Source of the DNA: the human T2T-CHM13v2.0 reference genome, Homo sapiens
NCBI RefSeq assembly: GCF_009914755.1
Contig: NC_060931.1
Strand: one strand, 5' to 3'
Length of the DNA stretch: 64,000 nt
The notes below the pieces were generated by a model. That model searched no databases. It worked only from the letters and a program-made list of their open reading frames with translations, and had not been told where the DNA came from. How positions within the stretch are numbered: the stretch's first letter is position 1; every line of letters begins with the position of its first letter. Made by a program: the position numbers and the translations under genes. Positions 1 through 15,079 of this stretch are shown here, piece by piece.

Positions 1-130
1 TCAGGAAGATGAGAAAATAAGTGCAAAGGCCCCAAGGCAGGAATGAGCTTGTCATGAGGAACACAAGCAGGCCAGTGTGTCTGCAGTGGTAAGAGCTAAG
101 GGTAGGAGCTCCCATGGGGCCCTGCAGGTG
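1..130 (-). mobile_element. L2 LINE fragment
   Basis: 'gtgcaaaggccccaaggcaggaatgagcttg...gccagtgtgtctgcag' resembles antisense L2 3' region; highly diverged. Confidence 0.55.
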
Positions 131-2540
131 GTGCTCAGGTGTTTAGATTTTGTTTTATTTAATTTTAAATGCATAAGGAGCTATTAGTTCAGGATGGATA
201 AATGTGGATCTATTTCCTGGAGCTCACATCTGAAGATTTGATTCAGTGAGTGTGGTGTAAAGCCTTGGAATCTGCAAAACATTCCCACGGTGGTTTCAAA
301 GCAAGAAGTCTGTGAATAATTCTTGATGGTAGATTTTAGAGAGACCGCTTGGACTTTTACTAAATGCCTGCTATTTAGATTTGAAATCAGCATGGGAGGA
401 GGCTTTGGGTCAAATACATCACAGAGCTGCAAGGAAGGATAACTGGTTCCCTGCAGCATCCCAGACCCCAATTCTTTGGCCTAGCACTGAGACTCCTTTA
501 TGCGTTGAGAAACCCTTGGAGAGCTTGTGGAGCTTCAGCTTCTTACGTGGGCCTCAGTATCTGGAGAAAGCAATGCAAAGGTTGCATTGGCTTAAGGAGT
601 AGAGTTCTGAAGTTCATGCCATTTAACGTCTCTGAGTTCTGGCCTTCTAAAGTGGTTCCAAAATCTAGCAAAGAAACTGGATGAGATTCACTCAAGGATT
701 CCCTCTCTACAAATAAAATGAAGTAAAATAAAATTTGGATTATATTATTTTATGAAAATCATGATAATCTTCTGAAGCAGGTAGGTCAGGATCATTATCC
801 ATGGCAGAGTTGAGTTGAGAATACAGCGTCTCCTGATGCATAGCCCCAGGCTCTTCCAAAACATCCAGCATCAGCTCCTCAGCCCATGTTCGGTGCACAC
901 CGAAACCCCTGATTCCTAAAACCTTGTTTCTTATTCTGTTCCTCTGTTTACAGACAGGACTGCACCCAGGCTGGTAGAGGGCTATTTTGTTTAAAGGTGT
1001 CTGGGGAAGAAATACTCACAACCTCACTCCGAGCCCTTTCTGGGATCATTGCCTCTTGGCATTTCTTGTGCAAGGAAAGGAGGCAGGGTTGAGCTTGGGG
1101 CTGAGCAATGAAGACCAGATGGCGTCTGCCACATATTAGCTGGGTGACTTTAGGCAAATCCTGTCCCTCTCTGGGCCTGGGTTTGCTCCTCTGGAAAGTG
1201 AACTGGTGAGATGAAATGTAACTTCTGACATTTATTCCATGGTTTTTCTGTCGTTTGCTTTATAGAGCTGGGGAAATAGAGGCTCAGTGTCAGGACGTGT
1301 TGGAGAAAATTGCCTTTTGAATAGAGAGTGGAATTACAATTGCTCTCTGCTTCCCTGTTCAGTGAGCTGGCCACTGCCAGACCATACTCCCTCCCTGGCA
1401 AGCTTTTGTTCAAAGCAGCATGCAGAGAGGCTGGAACAAGCCCACTGGCCTCTTGGTCCTGCTCCTCATTTTCCACTCCAGCCTCATTTAGAAGGAGGCT
1501 TTTATTATCCCTTTTTCTCTTGGTTTCCTTTCTTTCCTATTGGGATGCAGCTGCAAACACAATTAGAGAGGACAAATGCTAATTTCATCTAGAACTGGAA
1601 ACTGAATTTCTTTTTAAAAAGGAGATGGGACCTCAGAGGGAACATTCTTTATTTTCAAAGCATCAGTGAACCAGAGGAAGGAAGAGGGGCTGCTGTGATT
1701 TGGGAAGCTGTGCTCCCCGCTCTTAGTGTGAGAAAGTAGACTCCAGAGTCCCTGACTGAAGTGACATTACATTTGTTCAGGAAGCATGATCCATCAGCTG
1801 GAAAACACGGGGATGTGCCTGGGACTAGCTCACAATCTCAGAGAGGCTTTAACACAGGCACTGATGGTGGCCATGGACACCTGGAGAGAGGGTTGCCATA
1901 GCTCCATCACTTTGACTTAGAGTTGAGCAATTTGGACCTGACTGGACAGCAGAGGACATACCCAGTCCGTCCAGTAGAGGGTGCCAGCAGCCTCCACCCA
2001 TAGAACAGCCTCAATGTGAACACCCTCACTTCTTTCTGAGGAAGCGTTTACAGGCAGAGCTGTGTCCGTTCACAGTGTTCAGCTGCTTGAGCGTGGCTTC
2101 CATCCATTCGGGGAGAGCAAAGAACCCTGGACCTAGAGTCATGAGCCTTGGATGCCAGCCTTGACTCTGGGACCCCAGGGAAGCCATACATCTTGGCCTT
2201 ATTTTTCTTATCTTCAAAATTTGCAAGAATTATCACAGAGGTGCCTTTCAGCTTTAATACTCCACAGTTCTGTGACTCATACGTATGACTGAAACTCTCA
2301 ATGAAAGATGAGTTAACTTGAAATGTTCTGGAAAGTTGGGCTTGGAGTAACAGATATAAACAATACAAGTTTATATGGAGCTGATTTATGGAGAATTTTA
2401 TTTAGAGGAATAAGGAAATGAAACAGTCTCCCCACTGTCTCTGTTCTCTTGGGTGAGAACCTTTTCAATTGCTTTTAGCCAGCGGTCACTTGAATCTTTT
2501 TAGGCAAGCTTGTTAAAAGGAAGCAAGATGGTTTGGGCTT

Positions 2541-3268
2541 GCATTAGGGCAAATCAAGCACCATAAAACCCTGAAAAATCAGAGGCTGAAACGCAATACA
2601 ATTATATTTCTCACTTATATCATAGTCCAGTTTGAAACAGGTGGAATGGGCTCTGCTCCACAAGGTCATTCAGTAACTCAAGAGACCTTCCAATTCATGA
2701 TTCCATCCTCTTCCAGTCCTCAAAGTTTTCTGCTCAGCCAGTGGATGGGGAAAGAGAGAGAGTGGAGAATTGCCTAGGAGTTCACAGGCCAAGCTGGGAG
2801 TGACATATTTTTAAAAATTATTATTATTATTTTTTGAGTTGGAGTCTCACTCTGTTGCCCAGGCTGGAGCACAGTGGTGTGATCTCAGCTCACTACAACC
2901 TCTGTCTCCCAGGCTCAAGTGATTCTCCTGCCTCAGCCTCCTGAGTAGCTGGGATTACAGGCGCCTACCACCACACTAATTTTTTGTAACTTTAGTGGAG
3001 ATGGGGTTTCACCATGTTGGCCAGGCTGGTCTTGAACCCCTCACCTCAGGTGACCCACCCACCTTGCCTCCCAAAGTTCTAGGATTACAGACGTGAGCCA
3101 CTGTGCGCAGCCTGGGAGTGACATATATAATGCTTGCCCTCTTTCCATTCAACAGGAGTGGTCACATGGTCCCACCTAGAAGCTCAGGGACTGGAAAATA
3201 TGGCCCAGGGTTGTGGCCCAGAAAGAAAAAGAGAACAAAAGTCTTGATGATAATTAGCAGTTTCTGCC
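2541..3268 (-). mobile_element. MLT1K/L-like MaLR LTR remnant, interrupted by an Alu
   Basis: Motifs 'tatttctcac...gggctctgctcca...gtcattcag' and 'gtcacatggtcccaccta...tagcagtttctgcc' are typical of old MLT1 LTRs. Confidence 0.6.
2809..3112 (-). mobile_element. AluS element
   Basis: Full dimeric Alu antisense; 14-bp TSD tgggagtgacatat at 2795-2808 and 3113-3126. Confidence 0.96.
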
Positions 3269-5541
3269 TCTCTAAGGGCTGTTTCTGAGAATGAAGAAGA
3301 ATGCCCTCTCTATAGCGTAGGTACTATTTATGTGAAGGCAGTGTCCCCATCACTGTAAGACTGTGTCCTCCCTCAGGGGCACCTTTCTTGGGTTTACACT
3401 AAAGTGCTATATAAGCTAGCAGTGGCCCGACATATGCTCTGAAGTCAGGCATATCTTGTGTCTAATCTCAGCCCCACTAACTAATTATGAGAACTTGAAT
3501 AGGAAACCTGTTTCCAGATTACAAATGAGGCAACTGAGGGTTGTAGGGAAGGATTCAACCAATCTCACAGGGTTTTTGTGAAAATTACATGAAATAAGAT
3601 ATTTAAGGAGAATGAGGCAGAGTAGGCACTCAATAAATAGTATTAGAGTTCTCCTCTCACCTCCCTTTTGGAATGGTTCTACCACCATGAGACCCCCTGT
3701 TAGGAATATTGGTCTATGGTTCAGTTCATTAATGAATTTGGGCCAGTTCCAGCTCCTTAAAACATTATAAGGTCCTTTCCATTCCTGCTGAAATGCACAG
3801 TTAATGTTAACTCTGAGCCTGATTTCCTTTAAATGGCATGCATTCAATAAGGCAAAACAAAAGCTCAGAACCCTATAGAAGAATGAGCAGAGATAATAAC
3901 ACTAAAAATCTGAGCTCCGTTAGTGACTGCAATGGAATACTTGAGTGTTGAGGTGTCTGGCACCTAAGGCAAAAAAGGGGAATCAAATGGATTGCATAAA
4001 TCTCATTATATGATTTAAGAAAGATGCCTCTTTGTGAGGGAATAGTAACTCTTTTTTCCTGGGGGGCTACAATGAAGAAGACATTTATCAGGTGGCACTT
4101 ACAGGTGAAGGCATGGCCTTTCCCCTTCTGTCTATGTGATTGACTCTGAGAACTGCCTTTGGATTTTCAAAAGCGTAATCTGGGGCAGAATGAAGAGAGA
4201 TACCTGCTCCCCAGGATTCAGGAGCAGGCCAGTGCCTCCCATGGGTAAATACCTTCCTCTTGGGTGGAGATTTGTGTCTCGAGAAGGGCATAGATGGATT
4301 CTACCAGCTACAGGCTGGATTCTAAGAGCTGGGAATTACCTCACACAGAGTCAGGGTCACAGGGCTATGAACTCAATGAACACCAAGCAACGGTGCAGCT
4401 TCCAGAGTCCCTTCCTGCTTCAAGTAGCCCTGCTGGATGGACGAGGTGCAGGGTGCAGCCAGCCTGCCTGGGGCCTGCCCAGCCCTGTTTGTCTTATGTG
4501 GCATAAAGTCCTCCTGAAATAATTTTGCATTTGCTTTAAAACAATTTGCCTGATTGTAATGATAAAACAACATTATATGCAGATGTCTTGCTATTTTAAA
4601 AAACCTAATTTACTTTGAATTAATGTTTGTTGACATGGTGTTTGGTGGGGCAGGGACAGAGATAGAGGGACCAGGAGATGGAGCTATTGAAATGAGAGAA
4701 CCACTAAGTAAAATGGTTCTTCTCATTTTTTTTTTCTTCAAATCAAACTTTCAGGAGAGAGAACAGAGTTAAAATCTGCAGGAAATGCTTGCATCCAGGA
4801 ATGTTTTAAAGCTCTTGCCAAGATCAACAATGAGAAGTATGTTTGGAAATTGCTTTGCAAACCTCCCAGTTTGCAGAGCGCAGCACCTCACCAATAATGG
4901 TGATGGTGGCTGGTGTTTATAGGACACCCATTGTGAAAGGGCTGTGAGCACTGGGCATTTATTTGTAAGCACCACTTGTTTACACAGTCAAGCTGGGACG
5001 TTGAGGTGATAGAAATAACTCTCCTTTTCAATAAACAAGGAAACTGAGTCACAGCAACCAGTTCGAGTGACTTCATTAAGGCTTAGATTCAGCCTCACAG
5101 TATTGGAGTAGGTTTCAGAGGTCACCTTGTGGCAAGTTTTTGGATTGACCTCTTGGAATTTCAGACCTGAAATGGTCCGTGAGGACCACGTGAGGACCAC
5201 ATCCGGTTAGAGGTGGAATTGGGCATATAAACAAAGCATCCAGGATGACTTCTGTTAACTTTCGTGTCTGCAGAATTCCTCTGAAGCAGTCCCAGGCCTC
5301 CACCAAGTCTCACACATCTGGCCCTGTTTTCCTTTGCTCTATCCTCAAACCTTCTTCAAAAAGCTTCAGATTCTAGGTAACTGCAGGGGGTTCAGCTTCA
5401 GGAGACAATGAGACTCCAAGATACAGGTGCAAGGCTTGGCATCAGCAGACTTAGGTCTGAATCTCAGCTCAGATGTTTTTAAATGGTTTGACTATAGGTA
5501 GATGACTTAATTTTTATGATGCCTCCTTTGAACACCTAACT

Positions 5542-5728
5542 CAGTGGCTCTCCAAGCGCAGTGTCTCAAGCAGCAATATCAGCATCATTCAGTAATTTGT
5601 TAGAAATACAAATTCTTGGGCTGTACCCCCGACCTACTGAATGGTCAACTCTTGAGTGAGGCTCAGCAATCTGGGTTTTCAAAGTCCTCCAGGTGATTCT
5701 GGTAGATGCTGAAGTTTGAGAAGTGCTG
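5542..5728. mobile_element. MER5A (hAT-Charlie MITE) inserted in a MIR
   Basis: 'cagtggctctccaa...agcatc...ttgttagaaatacaaattcttgggc...ccaggtgattct...aagtttgagaagtgctg' follows the MER5A consensus. Confidence 0.8.
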
Positions 5729-5821
5729 CTGAAACTAATAATACCATCAGCCTTACAAGGCTGATGTTAGGCTTAGAATTAAAACATGGAAAGTTCATAG
5801 CACACATGAGATGCTCAATAA

Positions 5822-6360
<539 letters not shown>

Positions 6361-8890
6361 ATCATTTCTTCTCTGAAACTACCTTTTAGCTTGAGAGATG
6401 TATCACTCACAATCCAGAAGCCTGTAGGATTTCAGTAGTACCTGAACTGTGCTCTCTTAGCTGACACTCATGAGCTGGAGAGACAGATTTGACTCTATTT
6501 TATACATTCTTATTTTCTTAGCTTTTTATTCAAGTTCTGGAACTATAAGCAGAGTGATAGGGAAAAGGGCCAAGTACTATAGGGGCCATTTGGGCAGGGA
6601 GTTTATACCTGCAATCTGTCACCTCTCCCATGATGAAGGTAACAGAGAGAGGAAGAGCTTTGTCAGGGATGTTTGGAAGACTCAGTGTCTCTGGATTCCA
6701 GAGGGGCTTTTTGTTGTTTGTTTTGGCTTGTGTTGTTTTGTTATTTTCCCTAGTCCTACTACTACTTTACTCTGGTTCTTTAATCTCCTCCAATAGGATA
6801 GTGATCCCAAGAAAGAGGCCTTGTTCTCATCCAAAATAATCTCACGGGAGTTAATACAAAATAAAAGAGTTCTTAAATTGAGTGCAACAAACAGACAAAC
6901 CCCAAACTTTACAAACAACTTACATTTAAATATTTTCTACCCAAAGTGCCTTCATTTTGCTTTCCAAAACATCCCTTGGGCATCAGGCAGGAGGGAGATT
7001 GTTGTCTATATTTTACAGACGTGGAAACTGAAGCAGAGAGGAATTGGGTTGATTTGCCCCAGATGATGTGGTGGTCCTGGAGGCAGCCTCCTGGGCTCCC
7101 AGACTCTCCCTGCTTGCTGGATGGAAGTTTCTGAAGGCCCTGGGCTCCCGGAGGCTGCAGTGGACATGGAGAAACAAGGAAGAAATGTTTGTTTATTAAG
7201 CAAGGGAGCAGAACTAGGAGATTCATCAGCTTATATGGTAGAGCCCCCTCTGGTCCCTGGCATGCCTGGGAAATGGGGAGTGGAAGTGGGTCTCTTCCAA
7301 GCAGGGGATCCCGCAGGTTCTGGACTGGGAAGGTCATCATGGAAGAAGCTGCCAGGCATATTTTTCAGAAAAGGTCTGAAGTTCCATCCAAGGGTGCCCT
7401 GGAGGAGTGATGAGCAGAGCGCCCTGGGGAGCTGTTTGTATTTGAAGCCTGGAGCCAAATGTGGTAGATTAGCTTGGGTACCAAGGCACTCAAATGGCAG
7501 GTTCTGATCTCCTCTGGAGGTTTGGAATTGGTTCTCTGAATCATCTTCATACTTCACATCGTACTGCTTGAGCAGCTGGTGTGAAACCCAACTAGGGAAA
7601 CTGAGGCATGGGGAGGTTGGTAGAAATGACAGTGAGATGGAGTCCAGGACTCCGCCAGCAAGCACAGCCTCTGGATTCTACCTTGCTGAGTGAGCAGTTC
7701 ATCCCAGATTTTCTGCTACTCACGGGCCCGGGCCTCACACTCCCAGGCCTCATTGCAGCTGGGCCCATGCACCAGCCTATTTGGCCAAAGTGTCTGGATT
7801 GGAGAACACTGAGCAAGAGAATCACTTCAAGCAAGGGGTAGGATGTGGAGTAGAACTGCTTTCTCTCTCATCTTCCTGCCAGGAATCCAGATGTTCTCCA
7901 TCTCTAGACAATTTGTGGTAGATTTAACAGCATCTTCCACTGGATACAGCAGCTGGTGCAGATGCTGCCACCAGAGAGGACTTAAATCATCCTGTTCTAT
8001 GCAACTGAGGCATCAGGCACAAGAGGGGGGTGTGTGTGTGAGCACATGTGCCCATGAATGTATATGTGTGTGTACATGTGCGAGGTCCTCATCTCATAAT
8101 CCTAGCTCCTCACTTCCTACGAAGGAAAACTGGGGCAGCCTCACACAGAAGGGAAGAATGTGAATCTGAGGAACATTGGCCAGCCAAGGGTAAGGTGATC
8201 AACTGCAAGAGGGCGTTGTTTTCTCTTCCAGGAAAGGGCAGACAGTGTAGGCCCTCCTGTAGTCATCCTTCCCCGCATGTGGTTCCAGCTCTGTTTAGAG
8301 ACACGCAACAGAGCCAGAAGGGACCTCGTAGGGCATGGAGTCTAACCTGTTTCACAGAGGAGGGATTGGGAGGGGGCTCAGGGCAAGATAATGACTGAGG
8401 CAGCTCTTGGTAAGTGATGCTATAGGAGGCCTAGGTGCAGAAGCCAATTTTATAACATTTTGTGATGATGCTTAGTTCACTGACCATGTCCCTGGATTTC
8501 ATTATAACCACAAACATGCCCAATTCTAGCTGATTAGCCCACCCATTTCCAGTATTTTAATAAAAATCTAATGGTGGTAACTTACTTTCATACAGCAGTT
8601 TCCATGCAAATTTTTTTCAATGGTTCTTTTGTTTAACATCTCAACCCTTCTCTGAGGTAGATAACATTGCTATACCCATTTTGTGGATGAGAAAACTGAG
8701 GCTTGCGTTAAGATGCTTGTCCTAGGTTGACAACTTTCATTACGATCTGGCTGTAGTTTGATGCATAAAATCTCTGAAGAGCTAGAATGAAGTCACTTTG
8801 CATAAGATGCTTTTGCATGGTTGAAACTCAAACTGTAAGTAGTAGAACTGGGATTTGAGCCCAAGATGTCCAACTCCAGACCATAGGTTT

Positions 8891-9226
<336 letters not shown>

Positions 9227-10107
9227 CAGACCATAGATTTTAGCAACAAGGCTGTACTGCTCCACTGTGGCCTCACCACATATGGCTACATCTCCTTGGA
9301 GTTCATTACAATGGACTTTGACCTTCTTCTACACTGCACAAAGCCTTGTATAACTTTCTAGGTGGTACCTTTAAGAGTCTAGAATCTAGCAGCAGTCTGT
9401 TTTCAACAGCTGTGAATAAAGGTGAGCATCACTCTGTCACTTGATGAGTGTTGAATTAGTTAAAAAAAAAGGCAACAGGGAAAAAAGGAGATTCGACATG
9501 GGTCATTTTTTTGTTAACAGCAAATGATCTATTGAGTCAGTACTCTTGATGGTAAGGTGAAAAATACAAAAATTATGTATCCTTCTGAAGTACCTGCTCT
9601 CAGTAACTCACTTTCATGCCAAGAGCAATGAAACAATAAAAGAGCTGATGTCTTGTGTTATGAGAAGTGCTTTGTTGCTGTTTTCTCCAAATTTATGTAA
9701 CTAGCTTTCATTAAGTTCTGGCTGTTATTTAACGCGTAAAATATGTGGAGAGCTAAAATGAAGCTGAGAGGCCTGTGATGCTTTTTCACTCTTGCAACGT
9801 AGCTCTAGCTGAGAGTCTGGAGTTCTTCGCTTTATGTCATTTCCTGTTAAAACCTCCATGTTTTCTTCCCTGGGAACTTTGCCTACTCCAAATCTAGCTC
9901 TCAGACGTTCTCTGTGCAGCCGAGGTCTTTGGATAGTGAGCCCTGGATCGGTGAGGAGCATGTGGAGTCAGTGATATCTGCAGGGTCCTTCCTCCAAGGG
10001 ACTGGAGCCTGGGCTGGAGGGGATGTGGTGCGGCACGCTCCAGGTCCCCAGTGTCTCTTCCCTTGCTTATTCCTCCCCAGCTACACTGCCTCCTTGCTGT
10101 GTTTCTT

Positions 10108-10936
10108 TGAGTGGAAAAAGCACACTCCAAGGTCTTTTTTTTGCATTCTTTCACTCAACAACAATGAACAGAAGCCTTCTGTGACCAAGTGGATGGGGAT
10201 TTCTTCCCACCAACAAGCAAGCAAGCAATCCTGCAGTGGCACCAGCGGGGTGTCCTCCAATCCAACACCATTCTGATGCTATCTACCTAGAGATAGCGTC
10301 AGATCCCATGCGTGAGAGCTCAGTCCCCAAGACTGCTCCCCCAACAACTTTCAGTGTGAATTGCACAGGTTGTTTTACCTGTGCTTCTGACCGACTGACT
10401 ATAAATCAGGGATCCTCCACCTTGGGGGCTAATTTCTAGAGCAGCTCACAGAACTCAGGGAAACACTTACATTTACTGGTTTATTATAAAGGATATTGCA
10501 AAGGATACAGATGAAGAGATGCACAGGGAGAGGTGTGGGGGAAGGGGCATAGAGCTTCCACGCCCTGTCTGGGAGTGCCAGCCTCCAAGAACCTCCATGT
10601 GTTCAGCTATCAGGAAGCCTCCCCAACCCTGTTCTCTTAGGCCTTTTATATAGACTTCATTGGATAGGCATGATTCACAACCATGTAGAAATATGATTGT
10701 AGAAAAAGGGTGTGATCTAATACGAATAGACTGAGTGGGGAAACCCAGTGAGGCCTGTCCAGATTCCTCTTAGCCTCAGGATGTGGGGCAGGACCCCTTC
10801 TGAAATGAAGGTCTTATGATCTGCAATCAGACAAGGTAGGTCAGAGAATTTTTTATTGCCAGCTCCAAGACAGAAAGGTAGGGGAAAATTCCAGCCCTGG
10901 GGAGAAGAAGGAGCAGGTGAAAGGGGACAGGAGAAG

Positions 10937-10994
<58 letters not shown>

Positions 10995-11086
10995 ATTTGT
11001 GATTGTTTTCTAAAGCTGGCTTAAAGTGCCCAACATTACAACAAGGGCTATGAGAGTTGAGCCAGGAACCATGGATGAAAACTCAT
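10108..11086 (-). mobile_element. MER21-type solo LTR
   Basis: 'ttctgtgaccaa...atctacctagagatagcgtcagatccca...gctcacagaactcagggaaacacttacatttactggtttattataaaggata...gagccaggaaccatggatgaaaac' matches MER21. Confidence 0.85.
10939..10990. repeat. (GT)26 microsatellite inside MER21
   Basis: Direct read. Confidence 0.98.
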
Positions 11087-11088
11087 CT

Positions 11089-11542
<454 letters not shown>

Positions 11543-11544
11543 CA

Positions 11545-11960
11545 TACCATCAGAGTTCCTCAAACTCCTCAACAGTCTCCCTACTCAGGGCATTGCATTT
11601 GCTGTTTCCTCTGCCAGGAATGCTCTTCCCCTAGGGAGCTGTGTGGCTCCTTTCTCTCTTTCTTTAGCTCTTCGTGCAGACATCACCTCCATGAGGTCTT
11701 CTCCTATTAAGTTGAACCCCAACACCCTGTGTTTTCTTTCTTCTTTTTCCTTCTTATTTTTCTCCATAGCACTTTTCACCATTTAACATATTTTACAAAT
11801 ATCTATGTACTTGGTTTCTATCTCCCCTTACTTAAATGTTAGCTCCATTGTGGGGGGAGAGATTTTGTCTGTTTTATTCACTGCTGTATCTCCAGCTGCT
11901 AGAAAGAGCCCTGACACATAGTGTGTCTTCAACAAATATTTATTGAGTGAATGAATGAAT
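11545..11960 (+). mobile_element. L2a 3' end
   Basis: 'tttgctgtttcctctgccaggaatgctcttccc...ttcactgctgtatctccag...aaatatttattgagtgaatgaatgaat', the typical L2 3' terminus. Confidence 0.8.
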
Positions 11961-12319
11961 GCAAATCCTCAGAGGTCAGAGGGACAGATAGTACCCAGTG
12001 GTGTGAACATGGAGGGAGTGGCTTCTGCCTCAAAAGGGTGGAGACAGATGAGCTCCTCCCTGACAGCCATGCTCCATGGAGGCAGCTGGTTCAGGAGAGT
12101 GCACAAGACCCAGAGTCTGGAGAACTGTGTGCAAGTGGAAGCTCCAATGTCAAATTAATACAGCCAAGTGACTGGACCCCCTTCACATTTCTCACCTGAT
12201 AAACAGACACAACCACAGGGGGTCGGGTCTGCTCTGTCTGCTTCCCAGATCCATGGGCTCTGGACACCACTGAACTCCCCCCTCCCCTCCCTTCCCCTCC
12301 TCCACTGTCACCCACAGCA

Positions 12320-12805
12320 GCCTGTCATTGTCCTGAAAACATTCCAAGTTCATTTCTGCCCCAGAATCTTAATGCTTGCTGTTTCCCATCTGCGTAGTTT
12401 CCCAGAGATCAGAGTTGGCTCCTTTCATCATTTAGGGCTCTGCTCATGAATGTCGCCTGCTTAGACAGGTCTTGACCACCCTATCTATAGAGGCACCACC
12501 TGCCCCCCTCCAACAATAGAATCACACACACAAAAAATAAAATCACACACATAAAAAATAGAATCACAAAAAAACAATAGAATCACAAAATTTGCCTTTA
12601 CCATAAATGGCTTCTTGGGCTCTCTTATCGTTACCTAAAAGTATCTTGTTCCTTTCCTTGTTTGTTGCCTGTCTCTCAGCCTAAGCCCTGTGAGAATGGG
12701 GTCTTCATCTATCATGTTCTCCACTGCATGCTCATTGCTTAGGGCAGCACTCAGCATGTCATATGCCCTCAATAAATATCTGCTAATTGAATGCACAAAT
12801 TAAAT
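12320..12805 (+). mobile_element. L2 3' fragment containing a short ~21-bp tandem repeat (12512-12590)
   Basis: L2-like 'cttgctgtttccc...ccctgtgagaatgggg...ctcaataaatatc'; four copies of aata(g/a)aatcaca. Confidence 0.65.
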
Positions 12806-14049
12806 GAGAGAGTGGATGTGAAATGTACTCTGTAAAGTACATAAACCTCCATGGACAAGAAGACCTATTATTTCTGGAGTGTAACTTGTGTCTCCTCCCC
12901 TGAGGAGTAACTGTGGCCCCTCATCTCAGAGCACAAAGAGTGGGCATGCTCCCTGGGAGGAGGTTAGAGGTCACCAGGAGGAGAGTCTCTCTTTACAGTC
13001 AGGCAGGGTGAGCAGAGGGGGCACAGTGAGGGGGCGGGACATGATGTCTGGTCCACACTGAGCCTCAGGGAGAAGTGAGTGAGTTCAATAAAGAATCCAA
13101 GCAAGGCGGCCTTGACTCTTGAAGGATCTGGAATCTCAGCTGAGCAGCCCCCAGCCTGGCTTCTGAGAAAGAAGGGCCTGGCAGAAAAAACCCTGCTGCC
13201 CAGGCTCCTAAGACACTAATGGAGGTGAGACCAGGTTCTCCCATCTTGTGGCTCCCGGGATACCACTGGACAGGTGGTCCCCTTGTCTCATATCATTTCA
13301 CCACTGCAAGGCTGACGCATGGTTTGGGGCCATTCACCTCCCTTCGTTGGGTCCTTCCTTGACCTGGACTTCCTGAGTCTGTGGCTCCTAGATACAGCCC
13401 ATGTTGGGCTCCTGCTTGCAGGAAGTACTGGTCCAAGACACAAGGCACCAGACAGTAATAAAGGCAGAGTGTGGCTGATGGTAGGAGGCCGCAGTGGCCT
13501 GTGTTCCTGTGTGGCAGGAAATGCCTGCACATCCCATTGTGATGCTCCTTCCCCTCTGCTCGGGGTCCTGGTTGGAACTGACAGTGGCAATGATATACCA
13601 GCTGGCAGCCTGTTTCTAGAGCGTGTTTGTACTCACTCACCTGGTTTATTCAGTAGACAGGCTGTTTGAGATTTGGGGGGAAAATTGGGGCTATGCAGTG
13701 CATTGATGCAATGGTACAGAGGGAACTCGAGGCTGGGATCTCCCCCACTGAGCCCTCAGAACAGAGACATTCTCCTCCTCCAAGGAGGGAAGTCTTTCTC
13801 CAAGACTTCCTACGGGCCTACCAGCTTTCTAATGGTTCTTGGAATATTTCCAGAGTCTTCTCCTGTATATTCACAATATCAATGAATGGAGAGAAATTGG
13901 TGGAGATAATGATCTTCACTTTTCATGAGGGGAGACTGAGGCATCAAGTAAGAAAATGTCAAGACGTTCATCCAGCACAGTGTTTCCTGGGATCTCAACT
14001 AAACAATGCCTAGACTCCTCCATATGTGGCAAAGAAATAGACTGGTCAC

Positions 14050-14379
14050 TATATTAGCCCGTTTTCATGCTGCTGATAAAGACATACCTGAGACTGGGCA
14101 ATTGATAAAGAAAAAGAGGTTTAATGGACTCACAGTTCCACGTTGCTGGGGAGGCCTCACAATCATGGTAGAAGGCAAAAGGCATGTCTTACATGGTGGC
14201 AGGCAAGAGAGAATGAGAGCCAAGAGAAAGGGGAAACCTATAACTACCATGAGAACAGTATGGGGAAACCACCCCCCTAATTCAATTAACTCCTACTGAG
14301 TCCCTCCCACAACATGTGGGAATTATGGGGTGTACAATTCAAGATGAGATTTGGGTGGGGACACAGCCAAACCATGTCA
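14050..14379 (-). mobile_element. THE1 (B/C) solo LTR with a small internal deletion
   Basis: 'tattagcccgttttcatgctgctgataaagacatacctgagactggg...gagatttgggtggggacacagccaaaccatgtca'; near-TSD gtcac/gtgac. Confidence 0.93.
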
Positions 14380-15004
14380 GTGACACTACACAAAATGATC
14401 CCCAGGCCATAGAGTCTATGGGAGGGTGGCTTCTAACAAGACCCCTTGGCAAGACCCTTTGGCCTTTCTGGGAGTTCCCTTGAATGGCAGCTGTCTGTGG
14501 AGGAGGTGGTGGGAGAGGGAAGACACCAGAGGGAAGCAGGTTCCTGCTGTTTGTGTAGCTTGAGCTTTGCCTCCACCCATTCCTTCTGGATGAAGACAAA
14601 TTGTTCCGGACATGTCTTGAACTTTTGGTTACATCTTCATCTAATCACCATCCTAGCCCTTCCTTATTGAGAGCCTGTATGTGCCAAGTGCTTTATATAA
14701 CTTACCTCTAATCTTTGCAATGACTTAGAGAGGTTTACCAATGAAGAACGGTGGTAGAAAGGTCAGGACTTGTCTAGGCTTGTGGAACTAGGGTACTGCC
14801 TGGTTGTCTCTGATTGAAGACCTGAGCTCCATCTGCCACCCTCATCCCTCCCCCATCTCCCCTGCCTTGTACCCCACAGCTTCATGGTATGGGTAGACAG
14901 GCACCTTCAGCATTAGAGACATGAGAGTGGACAGCGAGGTGACTCTACAGGACATTTTATCCTAAGGTCAGGGGTTCCACCATTGCTTTGATGTGTCTCC
15001 CTGG

Positions 15005-15079
15005 AAGCCCTTGACTGGCAGAGAGGGGGTGGTGATGCAGAAGCTCTTGACTGGCAGAGAGGGGCTGGTGATGCAGAAG
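15005..15079. repeat. 36-bp direct tandem duplication
   Basis: aagcccttgactggcagagagggggtggtgatgcag / aagctcttgactggcagagaggggctggtgatgcag, 2 mismatches. Confidence 0.95.

Noticed and set aside
922-953. Isolated strong splice-acceptor-like tracts (also ~18008, ~38941, ~40816)
   Set aside because: No matching donors or coherent reading frames could be assembled; such tracts are common by chance
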